A stretch of 64,000 nucleotides of DNA from NCBI GenBank assembly GCA_013265495.1, contig MU058205.1, positions 384,312 to 448,311 on the forward strand. The letters run 5' to 3'. A program made the translations under genes and the position numbers. The DNA is from Vicugna vicugna. Its lineage: Eukaryota. The notes under the pieces are model-generated. The model had not been told where the DNA came from and made no database searches. It saw only the letters and a program-made list of their open reading frames with translations. Each line of letters opens with the position of its first letter. The stretch's first letter is position 1. Shown in pieces: positions 1-12,779 of the stretch.

Positions 1-1313
1 AGCGGGAGTGAAGTCCCCTGATGATGAGGTGTGGATGGAGAGGATGAGACTCTGGAGGGGCAAGGGTGTCTCATTGAAACCCAAGCTAAGTCAGCTTCTT
101 AAATCTCTCACAGTCCCATCTCCTTGCAGCCAGAGGAGACCCTATTTTTCCCCAGGGACTGGGCTCAGCCTGGCTTCAGTGGCTCTAACAGGGAAAGCCA
201 CGGAACGTCTCACCTTCTGGAGGGTGTGGTGCACCTGCAGGGATGGTGAGACCAGCCCTCCCCTCGCCCCGGTCTACTCTGTTCCACCCACTTTCTTATT
301 CAGTGCTCCTCGGGGGCCAGGTCACAAGCCACAGTTCCCAGGGACAGCAGGTCCCTCAAATCTCCTCTTAATTTACCTTCTAGGAAATACCAAAAGCTCA
401 TTTGAACATCAGGACAGGCCGGGGAAATACGCATGCCCCCTAGGACAGTCCAGTTCTCCTCTGTAAGCTTCAAAAACTGTCTGCCCTAAAGGTGGCCCAG
501 ACTGAAAGTGTATCCCCTCAAAAACAGAGCCAGGTGAGAGCACAGACACCACTCACAGTCTCAGTCCAGTGTGTGGTGAGCGGGGCCTCGAGCCTGGCCG
601 AGGTCTAGAAAGAGGGGAGCAGGGTTGATGAAAGAAGCACAGCACGGCCCTTGGCCCCCAGACCTTGACCATCTATTTGCAGAAATAAAGTTTATAAATG
701 GAAAAAGCACTGCAAGGCAGGCCATGATTACATTTCCAAGCGAGCTGGACAGATCGAAATCAGTCTGGGGAAGAATTTAAAGAAAGAATTGAGCCTTAAG
801 TAAATGTCACAATTGATGCAGGTCTTGAATGCGCTCCTGCCAAAGAAAAAGATCTTTTTTTAATTAGTTATTTTCATTGCATATTCTTAACCTACTGAAA
901 CTGCATCAAAGCCCACATCCCTGTGTTGTCACAAAACATGTGGACTCCATGGTCAGGATGGCTGGGGCCACCACACTGACCCAGAAGACAGGCTGGGTTC
1001 TGGAGGGCGACTTGCCTAAAAAGAAGGCGGACCAGCCAGTCCCCCTGCTATTCAACTCCCCTCCTCTTTGCTCCCTGAGAATCTGCCTTTGCCTCTTGTG
1101 TTAGCGCCTAGAAGGGTACACAAGTCACCCCCAAAACCAGCCCATCAGAGGTCAGGAGCAGAGCAGTACTAAGAGGACGCCACCAGCTCCAAAGTGAGTG
1201 GGCGGAAGTAAACTGAGGAGACATCCCAGAAATCAGTGCGACCAGGAACAGCGTAGAATTCTCCGGGTGCGGTGAGAACGGAAGTACCACCTGCGAACCT
1301 CCTGCCTTCATTT

Positions 1314-1773
1314 TGTAGGGAGGGAAATTTTTCCTCCCCTCTTCCAGGTTCTTTCTGCTGGGCTGGTAATTAAATTGACATAAGACAGATTAACGAGAGA
1401 AAAACAAATTTAATTCTGCATATGCAGGAGCCCCACAAAGACCATGAGAGGCTCCCTAACAGGCAGGCAATTGAAGCTTCCAGGCCATGCTGAGCGGAGA
1501 AGAAGGAGCTAGGGGTCGGGGGCTCCAAAGGGAAGGAAGGCAATTCACAGGAACGTGGGAACAACAGATGTTCACCAGGCCAAGCAGAGGCCAAGGGACA
1601 CAGAGAGGACTTTGAACAAACAGGCCTTGCCAGGTTCTCACCATGAAGGGTCAAAATCCACAAAGGGACCAGCAAGACCGCCCAGGCAGGGCCATCGCCT
1701 TCCTGCTTTTGCACTTCTGTAAAACTGCTTGCTTCTAGGAAAACGAAACTTAGCCCTAAAATTCCATTGATCA
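1314..1773 (-). mobile_element. Solo LTR, class I ERV-like
   Basis: TG...CA termini (tgtaggg at 1314, ...tgatca at 1773). Flanks attt/cttt resemble a 4-bp TSD. ~460 bp with LTR-like composition. Orientation is inferred. Confidence 0.6.
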
Positions 1774-1859
1774 CTTTCTGTTCCCTCCATCACTAGATCA
1801 GGGCTCTCTGCTAAAGGCATCAGCAGGGCTCTGTTTCCATCTCTTCCTGTATTACCTGC

Positions 1860-1995
1860 ACTGGAGTGCTCCATTTTCCATCTATCTCCCCAGCTAGAAT
1901 GGGTGTACCTTGGGGACAGTGTCTGTGACTGCCTCATTTTTATAACCAGCGAACAATGTCTGACAGTTGACAAGTGCTCAGAAAACATTGGTTGC
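1860..1995 (+). mobile_element. L2 LINE 3' end relic
   Basis: 'ctagaatg...ggggacagtgtctgtg...tctgacagttgacaagtgctcagaaaacattggttg' resembles the L2 3' terminus. Confidence 0.5.
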
Positions 1996-2206
1996 TGCTG
2001 TTGCGTGTGGCTGCAAATCAGGGGACTGAGTCAGAAACCTGGTAAGTAGGCTGATCTGCACTTAGGGAGCCAGTGGTCCTGAGACCACGAGCAAGGCTGG
2101 AGTGTCCACTAGCAGATGAGGCTTCAGGCTGCCACGGACACTTAGTACAGAGCCACCTGCTTACTCAGGGCAGCTCAGAAGCTCAGAGGGGCTGAGTCTA
2201 CAGCTG

Positions 2207-2333
2207 GATGGTCAGTGTGGTCCCAGGAACATCAGAGCCTGTGGTCAGATGGTCAGTGTGGTCCCAGAAGCATCAGAGCATGTGGTCAGATGGTCAGTGT
2301 GGTCCCAGGAACATCAAAGCATGTGGTTGGATG
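2207..2333. repeat. 41-bp minisatellite, 3 copies
   Basis: Unit gatggtcagtgtggtcccaggaacatcagagcctgtggtca starts at 2207, 2248 and 2289 with few substitutions. Confidence 0.95.
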
Positions 2334-2425
2334 GGGCTACAGAATGTAACCAGCTAACAATTTCATGAGAACACGATGTTAGGTCTCTACTATCTGATTA
2401 GTACGAAGACCCACTCTTATGATTG

Positions 2426-2955
2426 GAGGAAGACACGGTCATGAAGACATGGTCATGGCTGCAGCAGAACCTCTGCCTGCCGGCTCCTGCTCCTGACTCA
2501 TCGCTGTTCTCTCTCCCACAGGAACAAGTTGGTCAGGAAGCTGCACTGCAGGCATGGCTTTTAAAGATCCCAGAAGACTCCCGTGGAGCCAGAAGTGGCA
2601 ATTTACCAGATTAGAATAACCCTAACCAGCTGCAATGTGAAGTCTGTGGAGGAGGTATGTGCTGACCTGATCAGAGGCACAGACGAAAAGAATCTCAATG
2701 TCATAGGACCGTTCGGATGCCCACCAAGACTCTGAGACTAACTACAAGGAAAATTCCTTGTGGTGAAGCTTCTAAGACTTGGGGTCATTTTCATGAGGCT
2801 CCACAAGTGACTCACTGACTTGCACAGACCTTGTGAGACTGTTAAACAGGTTACTTCCACCAGTATGGAGCCAGGAGTCAAGGCTAAAGTCACCGCTGCA
2901 GATGCTTCCATCAGCCTTTTTAATAAATTGATCATCAGTTGTTTAAAGAAAAAAT
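2426..2955 (+). pseudogene. RPS20: Processed pseudogene of 40S ribosomal protein S20
   Basis: ATG at 2554 reads [46 protein letters not shown], then ...[22 protein letters not shown]...[22 protein letters not shown] across frameshifts. There is a CGA>TGA stop and no introns. RPS20-like 5' UTR (gctcctgctcctgactca...gaacaagttggtcaggaag), AATAAA at 2922 and A-rich tail at ~2945-2955. Confidence 0.95.
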
Positions 2956-3349
2956 CTGGATAGCAAAGTTTACACCAACCATGCTGAAGCCATAAAATCC
3001 AAAATTTAAGACTGTCAGCGCAACCATGGCTCTGTCTATCCTCCACTTCAGAGTGAAGGAGAGATGCTATGTTCTCTGTGTCTGGACTCAGAGCAGGGTA
3101 TGCACTGCACCCACGCATAGCCACCCTCTGAATGTGCACACAGCCCCCTCCCAGTCATGCTGGGCACAGGCCCTGGGCACTACACAGACACACGCCCTTA
3201 CCATCCATCACTGCTTCTTGCCAGAGCCTAAATAACACTAAAATTAGATACAAAATGGGATGGGAAGGGAACAGTGAGGAGGGAGAGTCTAAGCAACATC
3301 TTTGTGGCTCAGGACAAGGATCTTCCTGTGGGCCTAGTGTAATCCTGGG

Positions 3350-5420
3350 CTGTGAGGGGGGATGGAAGCATACCATTACAACGTTTTTGTACGACACATG
3401 GAGAGGTTCACTATCACGTAACTATAGACTATGGTAAGTTAAAGATACATACTATAAGTGCTCAGGCAACAACTAAAACATCTAAAAGAGTAATAAATAA
3501 TAAACCAACAAAGGAGTTAAAATGGAATAAAAAATACTCAAATAATCTGAAAGAAGTATTTAATTAAAAAAGAAATAAAGAATAGATGGGACAAACAGAA
3601 AATACATAGGAAAATAACAGACACAAACTATATAAAAATTATATTAAATGTAAATGGCTTGAACATCCTAATTCAAAGGCAGAGATTATCAGATTGAATT
3701 TAAAAAGCAAGATCCAACTATATATATATACTGCTTACAAAGAACATTCTTTAACATAAAGCCATAAGCAGATTAAAAGTAAAAATATATAAAAATATGT
3801 ATCATTCTAGTACTAACCAAAAGAAAGTTCAAGTGATTATTTTAATATCAGACAAAATAGATTTCAGAGAAATTATCAGGAACAAAGAAGGCCGTTTCAT
3901 AGGAATAAAGGGATCAATTCATCAAAAGGCCATGACAATCTTAAACGTTAATGTACCTAATAACAGAGCTTCAAAACACATGAAGTAAATGCAGAAACTT
4001 GTAGAACTACAAGAAAAAATAGGCAAATAGAAATAGCCCTATAGGAAGATTTCAATACCCCCTCCCCAAAATAGATAGAACACATAGACAAAATCACTAA
4101 GGCTTGAAGATTTGAAAAATACTATGACCCAACTTGAACAGATTGACATTTACAGAACACTTCACCTAACAAGAATAAAAATTCTTTCAAGGGCACAAAG
4201 AACATTTACCAAGAGGGATCTGGGCCATAAAACAAGCCTCAAAAATTTTTAAAAAGATTTGTCACTCATATTATATTCTTTTACCAGAATGAAGTTAAAT
4301 TAGGAATCAACAATAGGAGACCTCTGGGAAATCCTCAAATATGTGGAAACTAAAAATTATACTTCTAAATAAGCCACATGTCAACAAAGAAACCAACCAG
4401 ATTAGTTATAAAGTACTGAAAATTGAAAATGAAAACACAACATTTCAAAATCTGTGGGATGCTACTAGTACGATGCTTAGAGGGAAACTTATAGCACTAA
4501 ATGCCTTAATCAGAACAGAAATAAGGTCTCAAGTCAATGATCTCAGTTTTAAACTTAAGAAACTGGGGGTGGGGGGAAGAAGAGTAAATAAAGCTCAAAC
4601 TGAAAAGAAGAAAGAAAATAATAAAAATTAGAGCAGAAATCAAGAAAACAGAAAATAGAAAAACAATAGAGAAAGTCAACGAAATAAAAGCTGGTCCTTC
4701 AAAAGGACAATAAAACTGATAAACCTCTAGCTCAGCTGATGAAGTAAAAAGGAAAGAAGACATCATTTACTAATATCAGAAATGAGACTACGAATTCTAC
4801 ACACACTAAAATGAAGATATTTTATTAACAACTTTATGCCAATGAAATTGAAAACTAACACAAAATGGAAAAATTCTTTGAAATATACAAACTACCAAAT
4901 GTCACCCAGGAACCTGAGTAATCCTCTATCTATTAAGAAGTTGCATTTGTGGTTAAAAGTCTTCCCACAAAAAACTCCAGATTCAGACGGCTTCACTAGT
5001 GAATTCTACCATTTAAGGAAGAAATAATACCAAATTTAAACAAATTCTTCCAGAAAACTGAAGAGCAGAGACTACTTCCCAGTGCATTCTATAAGACTAG
5101 CATTACTCTGAAAACAAAGCCAGATAAAGACATTATAAGAAAGGAAATCTATGGATCATTATCTTTCACAAGCATAGGCTTAAAATTCTTGACAAAATTT
5201 TAGCAAGTAAAATCCAACAACATATAAAATGACCAGTGTCAAAAACGATAAGATGATCTCAGTTGACATGGAAAAAGCATTTGACGAAAACCCAACATCC
5301 ATTCTTGACAGCAGCCCTCAGCAAACTGGGCACGAAAGAGTATTTCCAACCTGGCAAAGGTTGTCTATGAAAAAATCTACAACTAACATCGCACTTAATG
5401 GTGAAAGACTGAATGTTTTG
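3350..5420 (+). mobile_element. Old L1 fragment (inter-ORF region plus ORF2 endonuclease/early RT)
   Basis: ORF pieces ILISDKIDF..KEGRFIGIKGSIHQ..TILNVNVPN, FQNLWDA..LRGKLIALNA, KTPDSDGFTSEFY, MISVDMEKAFD. A-rich sense strand with many stops. Confidence 0.9.
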
Positions 5421-5679
5421 TGTAATTGGAATGAGATGCAGGTAGAAGACAAGCTCTTGGCTTGTGGTGCCTTCGGTGACAAACAGCCATAAGAAATGCA
5501 GAGGAAGTTGGCTGCTCTGTACTGCACTGGAAGCCTTTTAAAAAACAAAAATAATAAACTTAGCGCAGCCAACTGCCAATTCAATTTGGGTGGCTGAGCC
5601 TGAGAATTTTGAGCCCCTAGGTCCTGAACCCCGTGGACCACCCAATCTTCCTTTCTAGAAAAGAGTATCGCTTTGCCTG

Positions 5680-7290
5680 GAAATTAAGCATGAAAAGACC
5701 TTCCTGAAGCAGGTGATCTGCATGGTGGTGATGCTTGTTCCCAAGCTTTGCCCATACCTCCCCTCACTGATTCCAGGACAAAGGCCACCTGAAGAGGAAA
5801 AAGTAGCCCCTGCCCCAGAACGTAGTTGGCATGTTAAGGGAACAGCAGCCCTGGCTAATCAATACGGCCAAGAAGGAGGAAAGCATGCAGAAATAATTTT
5901 GAAGATGTTGGCACGGGAGTGGGGCGACGCACGCCGGGTAGGGCAGAGCGTACTTGACGTGGGAGCCCTCACGTGGAACTTCAGGTCCAACGTTCTGACA
6001 ACGACACCTAGGAGCCAGACCTAGGAGTCTGCTGAGATGCCTCCTTGAAGACTTGACAGAAAGAAAACCTTTATTTAATGAGGAAGAGAGACCAAATTCT
6101 TTGTCACAGTAGCGAGAAAAGGGTCAGTGGGCTCAGGGCGGTAAGGAGGTGAGAGGGGATGCCATCCCTCCATCCCTGCCTATATACCCTGAGACCCTCC
6201 ACCAAGATTACAAGGGACACACTGTGCACGGCTATCTTGACATCTCTGAAAAGCCTAGAGAGGGCTGCACTTCTTAGGGCAGGGTTGACAGTGAGAGATG
6301 ACATCATAGAATTGGCCTCCTTCATCTCAGTGAGGATAATGTAATCAGAGAATCACAGAGGCCAGGGGGCACTCAAATTTCCAAAAAAATATATACTGGA
6401 TGTGATGACCCAAGACAAGACTAGCAGTCAAGGCGCTGCTGGCGCTTGACCTGTAGGGCTGTGTGGTGATGGCTCCTCCACCACGGTGTCGTCAGACACC
6501 AAATAGACAGAGAGCCATGCAGGGCGCCACTCAACTTGTACAAAAAGGATTGAGAGCTGGCCCTTCACTCAGTGATCAGATTTAAATCATTCACGGATCT
6601 AGTGCCTACTGACCAAAGGCGAGCCTAGATGCCCTGGAGGGAAGGCTCTGCAGCACCCTGCAACCATCTGTAGTAAATTTCCCCCATCCTTTCCCAGAGT
6701 GACCAGAGGTCACCTGCCAAAGTCACCAAACCCTGGGGAAGGGGTCTAGGCAGACTTCCTGGACTATTAGATATGGGTCTGGGCTGACACCAATCGCTGG
6801 GGAGCTGAAAAGCCATCACGATCATCCAGTTAGAGTTGAGAAATACATGAAGACCAGGTGACAAATAGATTATTTCCCCAATTCACCTCTGCCTGCAGGG
6901 AACCCTGCCCAGCGCAAAGGACAACTTACTGCAACTTGCCCTTCCCATCACTAAGAAACACAGCGCATGACAGGGCTCTTCGGGTTTTAGAGGCAGTCTG
7001 CGTGGCGCTGAGAATACTCCTCTGGGCCATTTGTCAGGTGACACGGAAGGCTCCCAGGCTGGAGTGAGTCACTGAGCAAGAGGGTGCAGGCTGCTTGGGT
7101 CATATCACCCAGCAGACCCCTGAAGATGTCCTGGCGCTGGAAGTATCTTTGGTGGGCAAAACCACCGTGTGGGGCCTCAGGAAGTTCCCAGCAGGAAGGT
7201 CACAGCACAGATCTCTCAGCCTGCGGGTTCTGGGACAAGGCCTTTGCCTGTCTTTGGCTGAAGACGATGCCCGGCAGTAACCCCAGTGAG
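5680..7290 (+). mobile_element. Decayed, internally deleted ERVL (class III) internal region: gag, protease and pol remnants
   Basis: gag-like LANQYGQEGGKHAEIILKML...LDVGALT at 5850-6000. Protease GLLD(M)G(L)..LT(P)I.G (ggactattagatatggg, 6761). pol-like GF.RQ...LL.AI.QVTRKA at ~6980-7060 and DVLALEVSLVGKTTVWGL...GFWDKA at ~7120-7245. Confidence 0.75.
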
Positions 7291-7424
7291 CAGTCCAGAC
7301 CACGTCCTGGAACGTCTCGGGGGCCACCAACGGTTAGGGGCTGGAAGAGCCTTTGGAATTGAACCTGGCATCTCCATCAGATCCTGCCCCCATCCTGCTC
7401 GGCTTCTCTGAGCTGAGTGCTGAC

Positions 7425-7545
7425 TCCAAGCAGACATGAACTTGAATCCTGGCTCTGCCTCTTAGCGGTGGTTACTTAACCTCCCTGGGCCTCTCTCTGT
7501 TTCCTCACCCGGGAGGTAAAAATGAGGTCATCCATCTCCCAGAGC
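7425..7545 (+). mobile_element. MIR SINE fragment
   Basis: 'ttgaatcctggctctgcc...gttacttaacctccctgggcctc..tttcctca...gtaaaaatgagg' MIR core. Confidence 0.75.
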
Positions 7546-8379
7546 CCCAAAGACTCCTGCCACTTCTTTGTCCCCAGGGCTGACTTCCAAGCTGCCGTGT
7601 CTGTGATCCATCATGATTTTGTTAACCTGCCAGTTTTTACTTAAGCTTCATTGGGATTTTAAACTCGCAGGGGCAGAGCTCCCGGCTGCTCAGCTGCCTT
7701 TGTGTTCCATTGAGAGCAGGACCTCAAGCCCGCTTGTTGGAGGAACAGGCCGACTCTGTGGTCCCTGCACCAGCCCCCTTGCCACCAGGCATTATCTCAG
7801 TGGCCACAGACCCATCAGGGAAATCTGCCCTTCAGCCCGCGTCCCGCCTCAGACTTTCAAATCAGGCCATTACCAGCCTGGGAGCTCAGTTGTTCATCAC
7901 TGGGCTTCAGAGTCCCAGCCCTTATCTAATCAACACACAAGCCCAGTGACTCAGCCAGGATTTACATAACCCCTTCCCTCTCCCAGCGCTCCATCCTCCA
8001 GCTGCTCCCCTGGGCACAAAGCTCTGGTTTCACTTAATCCACTGCGGCCCAGGTAACAATCCACCTGCCCGTCTGTGTCAGCAGGACTGCGAGGTGCAGA
8101 AAAGACAGCACTGAGGTTTCCCTGCCGGAGCTGAGCTAACAGAACGAGCTTCCTCCCCGGGGCCACTGGAGACAGCTCATCCACGCAAAGTCACCCCGTT
8201 GGTGTCCGGAACTCACATGCTTGGGTTCCTTATCAAGCTCCATCTCCCCGAGGACTGAATGCATGATGGGTGAGCAGGTCACCTGCTCCCACGGGAACTT
8301 CCCCCACATGCGCACCCCACTGTGGGGCAGGCAGCAAGCCGCTGGGGCTGGCTGTGCGCCAGCTTTCCACTCCACACCC

Positions 8380-8484
8380 AGCTCTTCACACGCAGTGTCT
8401 TCTCTAACCTTGACCCCAGCCCTGCCAAGTGTTGTTACTCCCATTTTACAGATGGGGAAACTGAGGCCGGGTAACTTGGCCTTG
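8380..8484 (-). mobile_element. MIR SINE, interrupted by the LTR at 8485 and resuming at ~9052
   Basis: 'cccattttacagatggggaaactgaggc..taacttg' is the reverse MIR core. 'acag..ggtgagtggca' continues after the LTR. Confidence 0.75.
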
Positions 8485-9047
8485 TGAGACAGGAGGGAAG
8501 GGGGCGGGGCACAACCTTTAAAAGAATAACAGAGCAATTAGCACCAAGAGGACAGAAGATTCAACTCCCAGTAGAACTTGAGCTTCACTATCTGCTCATT
8601 GTAACACATTAGCTGCTAACGGACACCCCCACAGGCGCCAGGGCAGTTTCAAGGCTGCCCATTAAAGGTCAAATGTGGGAGGTGGCCCAGTTGCTGGGAA
8701 CCCAGCCCCTTCCCCAAAGTAGTTGGAATAATCTTCCCACATTTTAGCATATGAAGACCCCACACCTCGTGGTCTCATTTTTCCCAGTCGACCCCATGCT
8801 CTGAGGCTGCCGCTCTCCCTTCTGAGTAAGGTAGCCCTCATTCTCTCGGCCTTTTTCTTACCTGTTGAGATGACCTGTCTATGGAGTTAGTATCTCTCTG
8901 AATAAATCTACTCTTACTCTACTATGGCTCACTCTTGAATTCTTTCCTGGGTGAAGCCAAGGACCCTTATTTGGGGACATGCCCCACCACGTCTCTTCCG
9001 AGACCTGGGAAACGGCCATCCTCTCACGTCCCATTTTTCCTGTATCA
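8485..9047 (+). mobile_element. Solo LTR, class I ERV, with perfect 4-bp TSD
   Basis: Starts TGAGACAGG and ends CCTGTATCA (inverted termini). TSD cttg at 8481-8484 and 9048-9051. AATAAA at 8901. Confidence 0.9.
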
Positions 9048-9109
9048 CTTGGACAGACAGGCGGTGAGTGGCAAATCCACTCTGACTGTAAAACTCATGC
9101 TGGGTGGCT

Positions 9110-9268
9110 TGGTTGGGCAGCGCTGCCCCAGCTCAGCTCCACACAGGTCGCTGGGTTCCACCCTCTGGAGATCCTGATTCAGGAGATTTGCGGTGGGCCT
9201 TGGAAATCTGCCTTTTCAAGCTGCTACATGTAATTCTGCTGCATCACTAAGGCTGGGAATGCCTGATT
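9110..9268. mobile_element. MER5-type hAT-Charlie MITE relic
   Basis: 'gctgggttccacc...gattcagga...gtgggccttggaaatctgc.ttttcaagct...gtaattctgctgca' follows the MER5 pattern. Confidence 0.6.
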
Positions 9269-11564
9269 TGACGAGCCCCAAGTTTCCTCCCATCTTTAGA
9301 AGTTCTGATTTTGAGGGATTTTAATCAGAAAGGGCACGTTGGAGGCCCCGCCCCCCTTCTCCCTGGTGACCATATCCGTGTGCTCTCCTGTGCCTTCTCA
9401 GCGGTCCTCCGCGTCAAGTCAGGAGACAGGCTTCACGGAAGGATGACAGACACCTCTGGCTCTGGACACCGGTGCCAGCTTCCTTCTGAAGCTCTAGGCC
9501 TGCACATGGCCCTGAGGGGAGGGGGCCTAGGCTGCTACCTCCACAGCCCCCAAAGATGAGGACTGAGGTCAAAGCGCTGGTGGTGGTGCCGGGACTGGGG
9601 CAGGACATAGTTCACAAATTTACAACATGAATTTGTCACTTACCAACTTATCTTTTGAGCCTAAAAAGCAGGGAGGAGACACTTCTGCTCAGGGTAACAC
9701 CCCTCTAGTCTTACCCCATTAGACTGGGCTAATCTCGGGCACAATCTACAGCGAGGGCTGAAGATGAAAACCATGAAAATGGGAACTTTGGGAGCTGCCC
9801 TTAATCTGGGGTCCCATCTTGTAGTACACCCCGACAAACTGCCTGCAATCAGCACTTGTCAAGTTCAGAGACGACAGATCTCCCTGCTGGGGGGTTGAGG
9901 GTTCTTTGGGGGACTCAGCTCTGGGAGAACCTGTAAGAGCAGCTGGGAGATCCTTGGAGCTCCCTCCTCCAAAGCCCCCTATGGGCACAAGCGAGTGGGG
10001 GGCTCTACAGAGAGCGACGGCCGCTGATCTGGCCAGTCCGCCGGGCCACGGTCAGCCAGACCACACCGCTGGGATGAAGACAGGAAATCTCAGTGGAGTC
10101 CACCTGGGCCGGACATGCTGACCAGAAGAGGCTCGTGGTGCTCAGGGATGAAGCCCGCCTCCAAGAAGGAACAGCACCGCTGGGCAATGATTGGCTTCAA
10201 AACCTTGAGCACAGGAACGGGAGGTGGAGCATCGGTGCGGGTTAAGAGGGTCCTCTTTGCGGACTCGCTCTCCTCCACGAGGCATGAGCCAGAAGGATGC
10301 TGAGAAGGCGGGGCGCTCTTGCACGCATGCGCACACGCGTCCTCCCACTCCGCTCGCCCCCACCCCATCTCCTCACGTGCTCACTCGCTCCCTGCTTGCT
10401 CCTTCCTTCTGTCTCTTTTGTCTGTAAGTGGGGGACCACAGAAGACGTGGGTCTTTCCCTTGTCCCTCCCCGGATAGCCTAGAAGAAGTCTAGTGAGACA
10501 GGAAGGAGGCTGTGCAGACCGACCGTCTGTGCAGGAGAATGCCCTCCTGCTCCCTGTGACGTAGCAAGTCCCAGAGGATGGCGCAGAGGAGGCCAGGGCC
10601 CAGGTCTTGACTCGCCACGGAGCGAACTTTTGCTTGGAACTGCTCTCGGCGTTCATCTCCCGCAGGAAGCTCACAGACTCACAGGCTGAAGACAGTCCTG
10701 GGCCCTGTGCTCCTGGGCGGCAGTTGCTTTAATTTCTGAACACACATGAAAGAATGTCTTTTAACTCATGACTCTGCACAGTAACAATATAATAAGGTGA
10801 ACAGAACTGAATTCATTCTATGGTACAGAATATCAGCAGGTTATTCAACAGTTCAGTTAAATATAAACAGACATCTGGATACACATGACCTGGAAGTCCT
10901 GCACTCACAGAGCTACACCGTGAGCCTGTTACTACCTTCCACCCCTGGTCCTCAGCCCCTGGCCCCGCCCTGGTTGGTCCAGCTGCTTCACTTTTGTCAC
11001 CTGGCTGTGTCCTCCACCTGCGTGTCCTGAGCTAGTCCAGGCCTCCGTCAGGCTTCTCTCCTCCCCCCGAGTCAGCAGGGCCAGGCTGACTGCAAAGATC
11101 ACTCAGTTCTTTGTTGTCCTGACTCAGAGTTCAGCTGTAAAAGCACAGAACCTTCCTACATAAGCACACTGCATCCTCAAAGCCGATCGCTGCTGGTGGT
11201 CCTGCCTGCCTTTGCAAAGGAGTTTAGCACACGTTCCGTGAACCCCCATGGCATGCCTGCTGATGGAGGAAAGCCCGTGACTGACCCAGGGCAGTGGTCA
11301 GAAGAGGTGTACAGAGCTTGCGGGCACCCGGAAGGGCAAAGTGCCTCTCCTACCAGCATCTTCTGTGTGTCCACCGAAGCCTTCCTCTCTGTGATGGTTT
11401 CCTGTCTTCTCGCTCAGTATCAAGACTTTCCACCGACTGTCCCCAGATGTAAAATCCAGAACTAAAAAGCAACCACTCAGGGTAAAATGCTGCCTCGCTG
11501 AGGTTGTGGGTTTACCGTTTTCATGTTGGATATAGAGTTGCCAAGACGTGGGAAAGGGTAAGAC

Positions 11565-12230
11565 TGTTACTGAAACAGTTTCATTTGCGTTACAAGCAAC
11601 AAGCCAAACACTGAGATGCCAAGGTTTGCAACAAAGAAAAGGTTTATTCATGAGGCAGCCTAGTGAGGAGATGGGAGAACAAATCTCAGATCCACCTTCC
11701 CAGTGACAAGAGGCTTGAGATATTTATGGGATAAAGAACCTGAGTGGCTTTGGCCATGGGGGAAGGTGATCAGAGGTGGGGAAAAGGTGAGGTGATCTGT
11801 GTTCTGGGCAGGTGTATCTGAGTTACATGCTTCCTCATGGGATGCATGTTCAAAAATGGAGGCACTTAGCGTGATCTGAGGGTGAAGTTTTCGGGCTCCT
11901 GACATGAGCAGGTTGCTCACCAGACACCTGTGCAGGCCCAGTTTTAGAGTCTGTGGTCCCAGCCAGTCTTAGCCGGCTTGAATTGGACAGGAGCTGATTC
12001 CAAGGTCCTGAAAAAACAATTTAAGCGTCTGTTACTATAGTAACTCTTACATCCAAGATATTAACTATAGGGGCAGTTAAGGTGTCAAAAAGAATAATTA
12101 AGGCAAGTTGGTCATGAAGCAAGGTTACAAGCCAGGAGTTTTTAACAAGTTGTTCCCTTACCTGCTGTTCCGTAAGACAAGCTCAAGAATTTCCATTAGT
12201 CACCAGTTTCTGTTAACCCTGTGGGGCACA
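11565..12230 (-). mobile_element. Solo LTR, class I ERV-like
   Basis: Begins TGTTACTGAA like the LTR at 34780. tttatt (minus-strand AATAAA) at ~11643. 'gaggagatgggagaacaaatctcagatcca' is a motif typical of ERV1 LTRs. Right end approximate. Confidence 0.7.
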
Positions 12231-12779
12231 GGCGGCTTGAGGAATAATCCTGGAGAACCATAAATACTTGACTTGCTTTTAACAAGATAAACTTTTGTTT
12301 TGTTTTAGCCCTTATGGGTTTTTTGCTTTTTGTTTTTTCATCTTTCCAAATCTTTTCCTCTGGATCAGCTGAGACCCTGGAATTCACTCTTTCCTTCTTC
12401 ATTTACTAAATGCCTGATAGGAGCTGGTTTTCTTAGGACTGATTTATTCTTGTGAGTTAAAAATAGACTCGACCTGTAGTCATTTAAGTTACATTCGTCA
12501 GAGCAGTGGGCTTAGTGTCGCGAGAGAAGGGGCCAATCTCGTGAGACGTTCGGCCCCCGGTGTAAGAGAGTTTTAAAAAGTCTAGAGTAGAGAAGATTTC
12601 AGTCAATTGGGAGAATCTGCTTGCAGTAATTCCACCATGTGCAGCCTTCTGTGCCGAGGCCCCCAGCCCTGAGTGCGTAGGTTTGACTGCTTCCCGCAGC
12701 AGCCTCTGGTTACCCCAGCAAGACATGACACCCCAATGCCAGGAGAAAGTTCCTTTGCAGGGATTGCCTCTTGCTCCTG

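Noticed and set aside
2207..2333. Direct repeats as a possible CRISPR array
   Set aside because: The units are head-to-tail with no unique spacers, and the context is mammalian.
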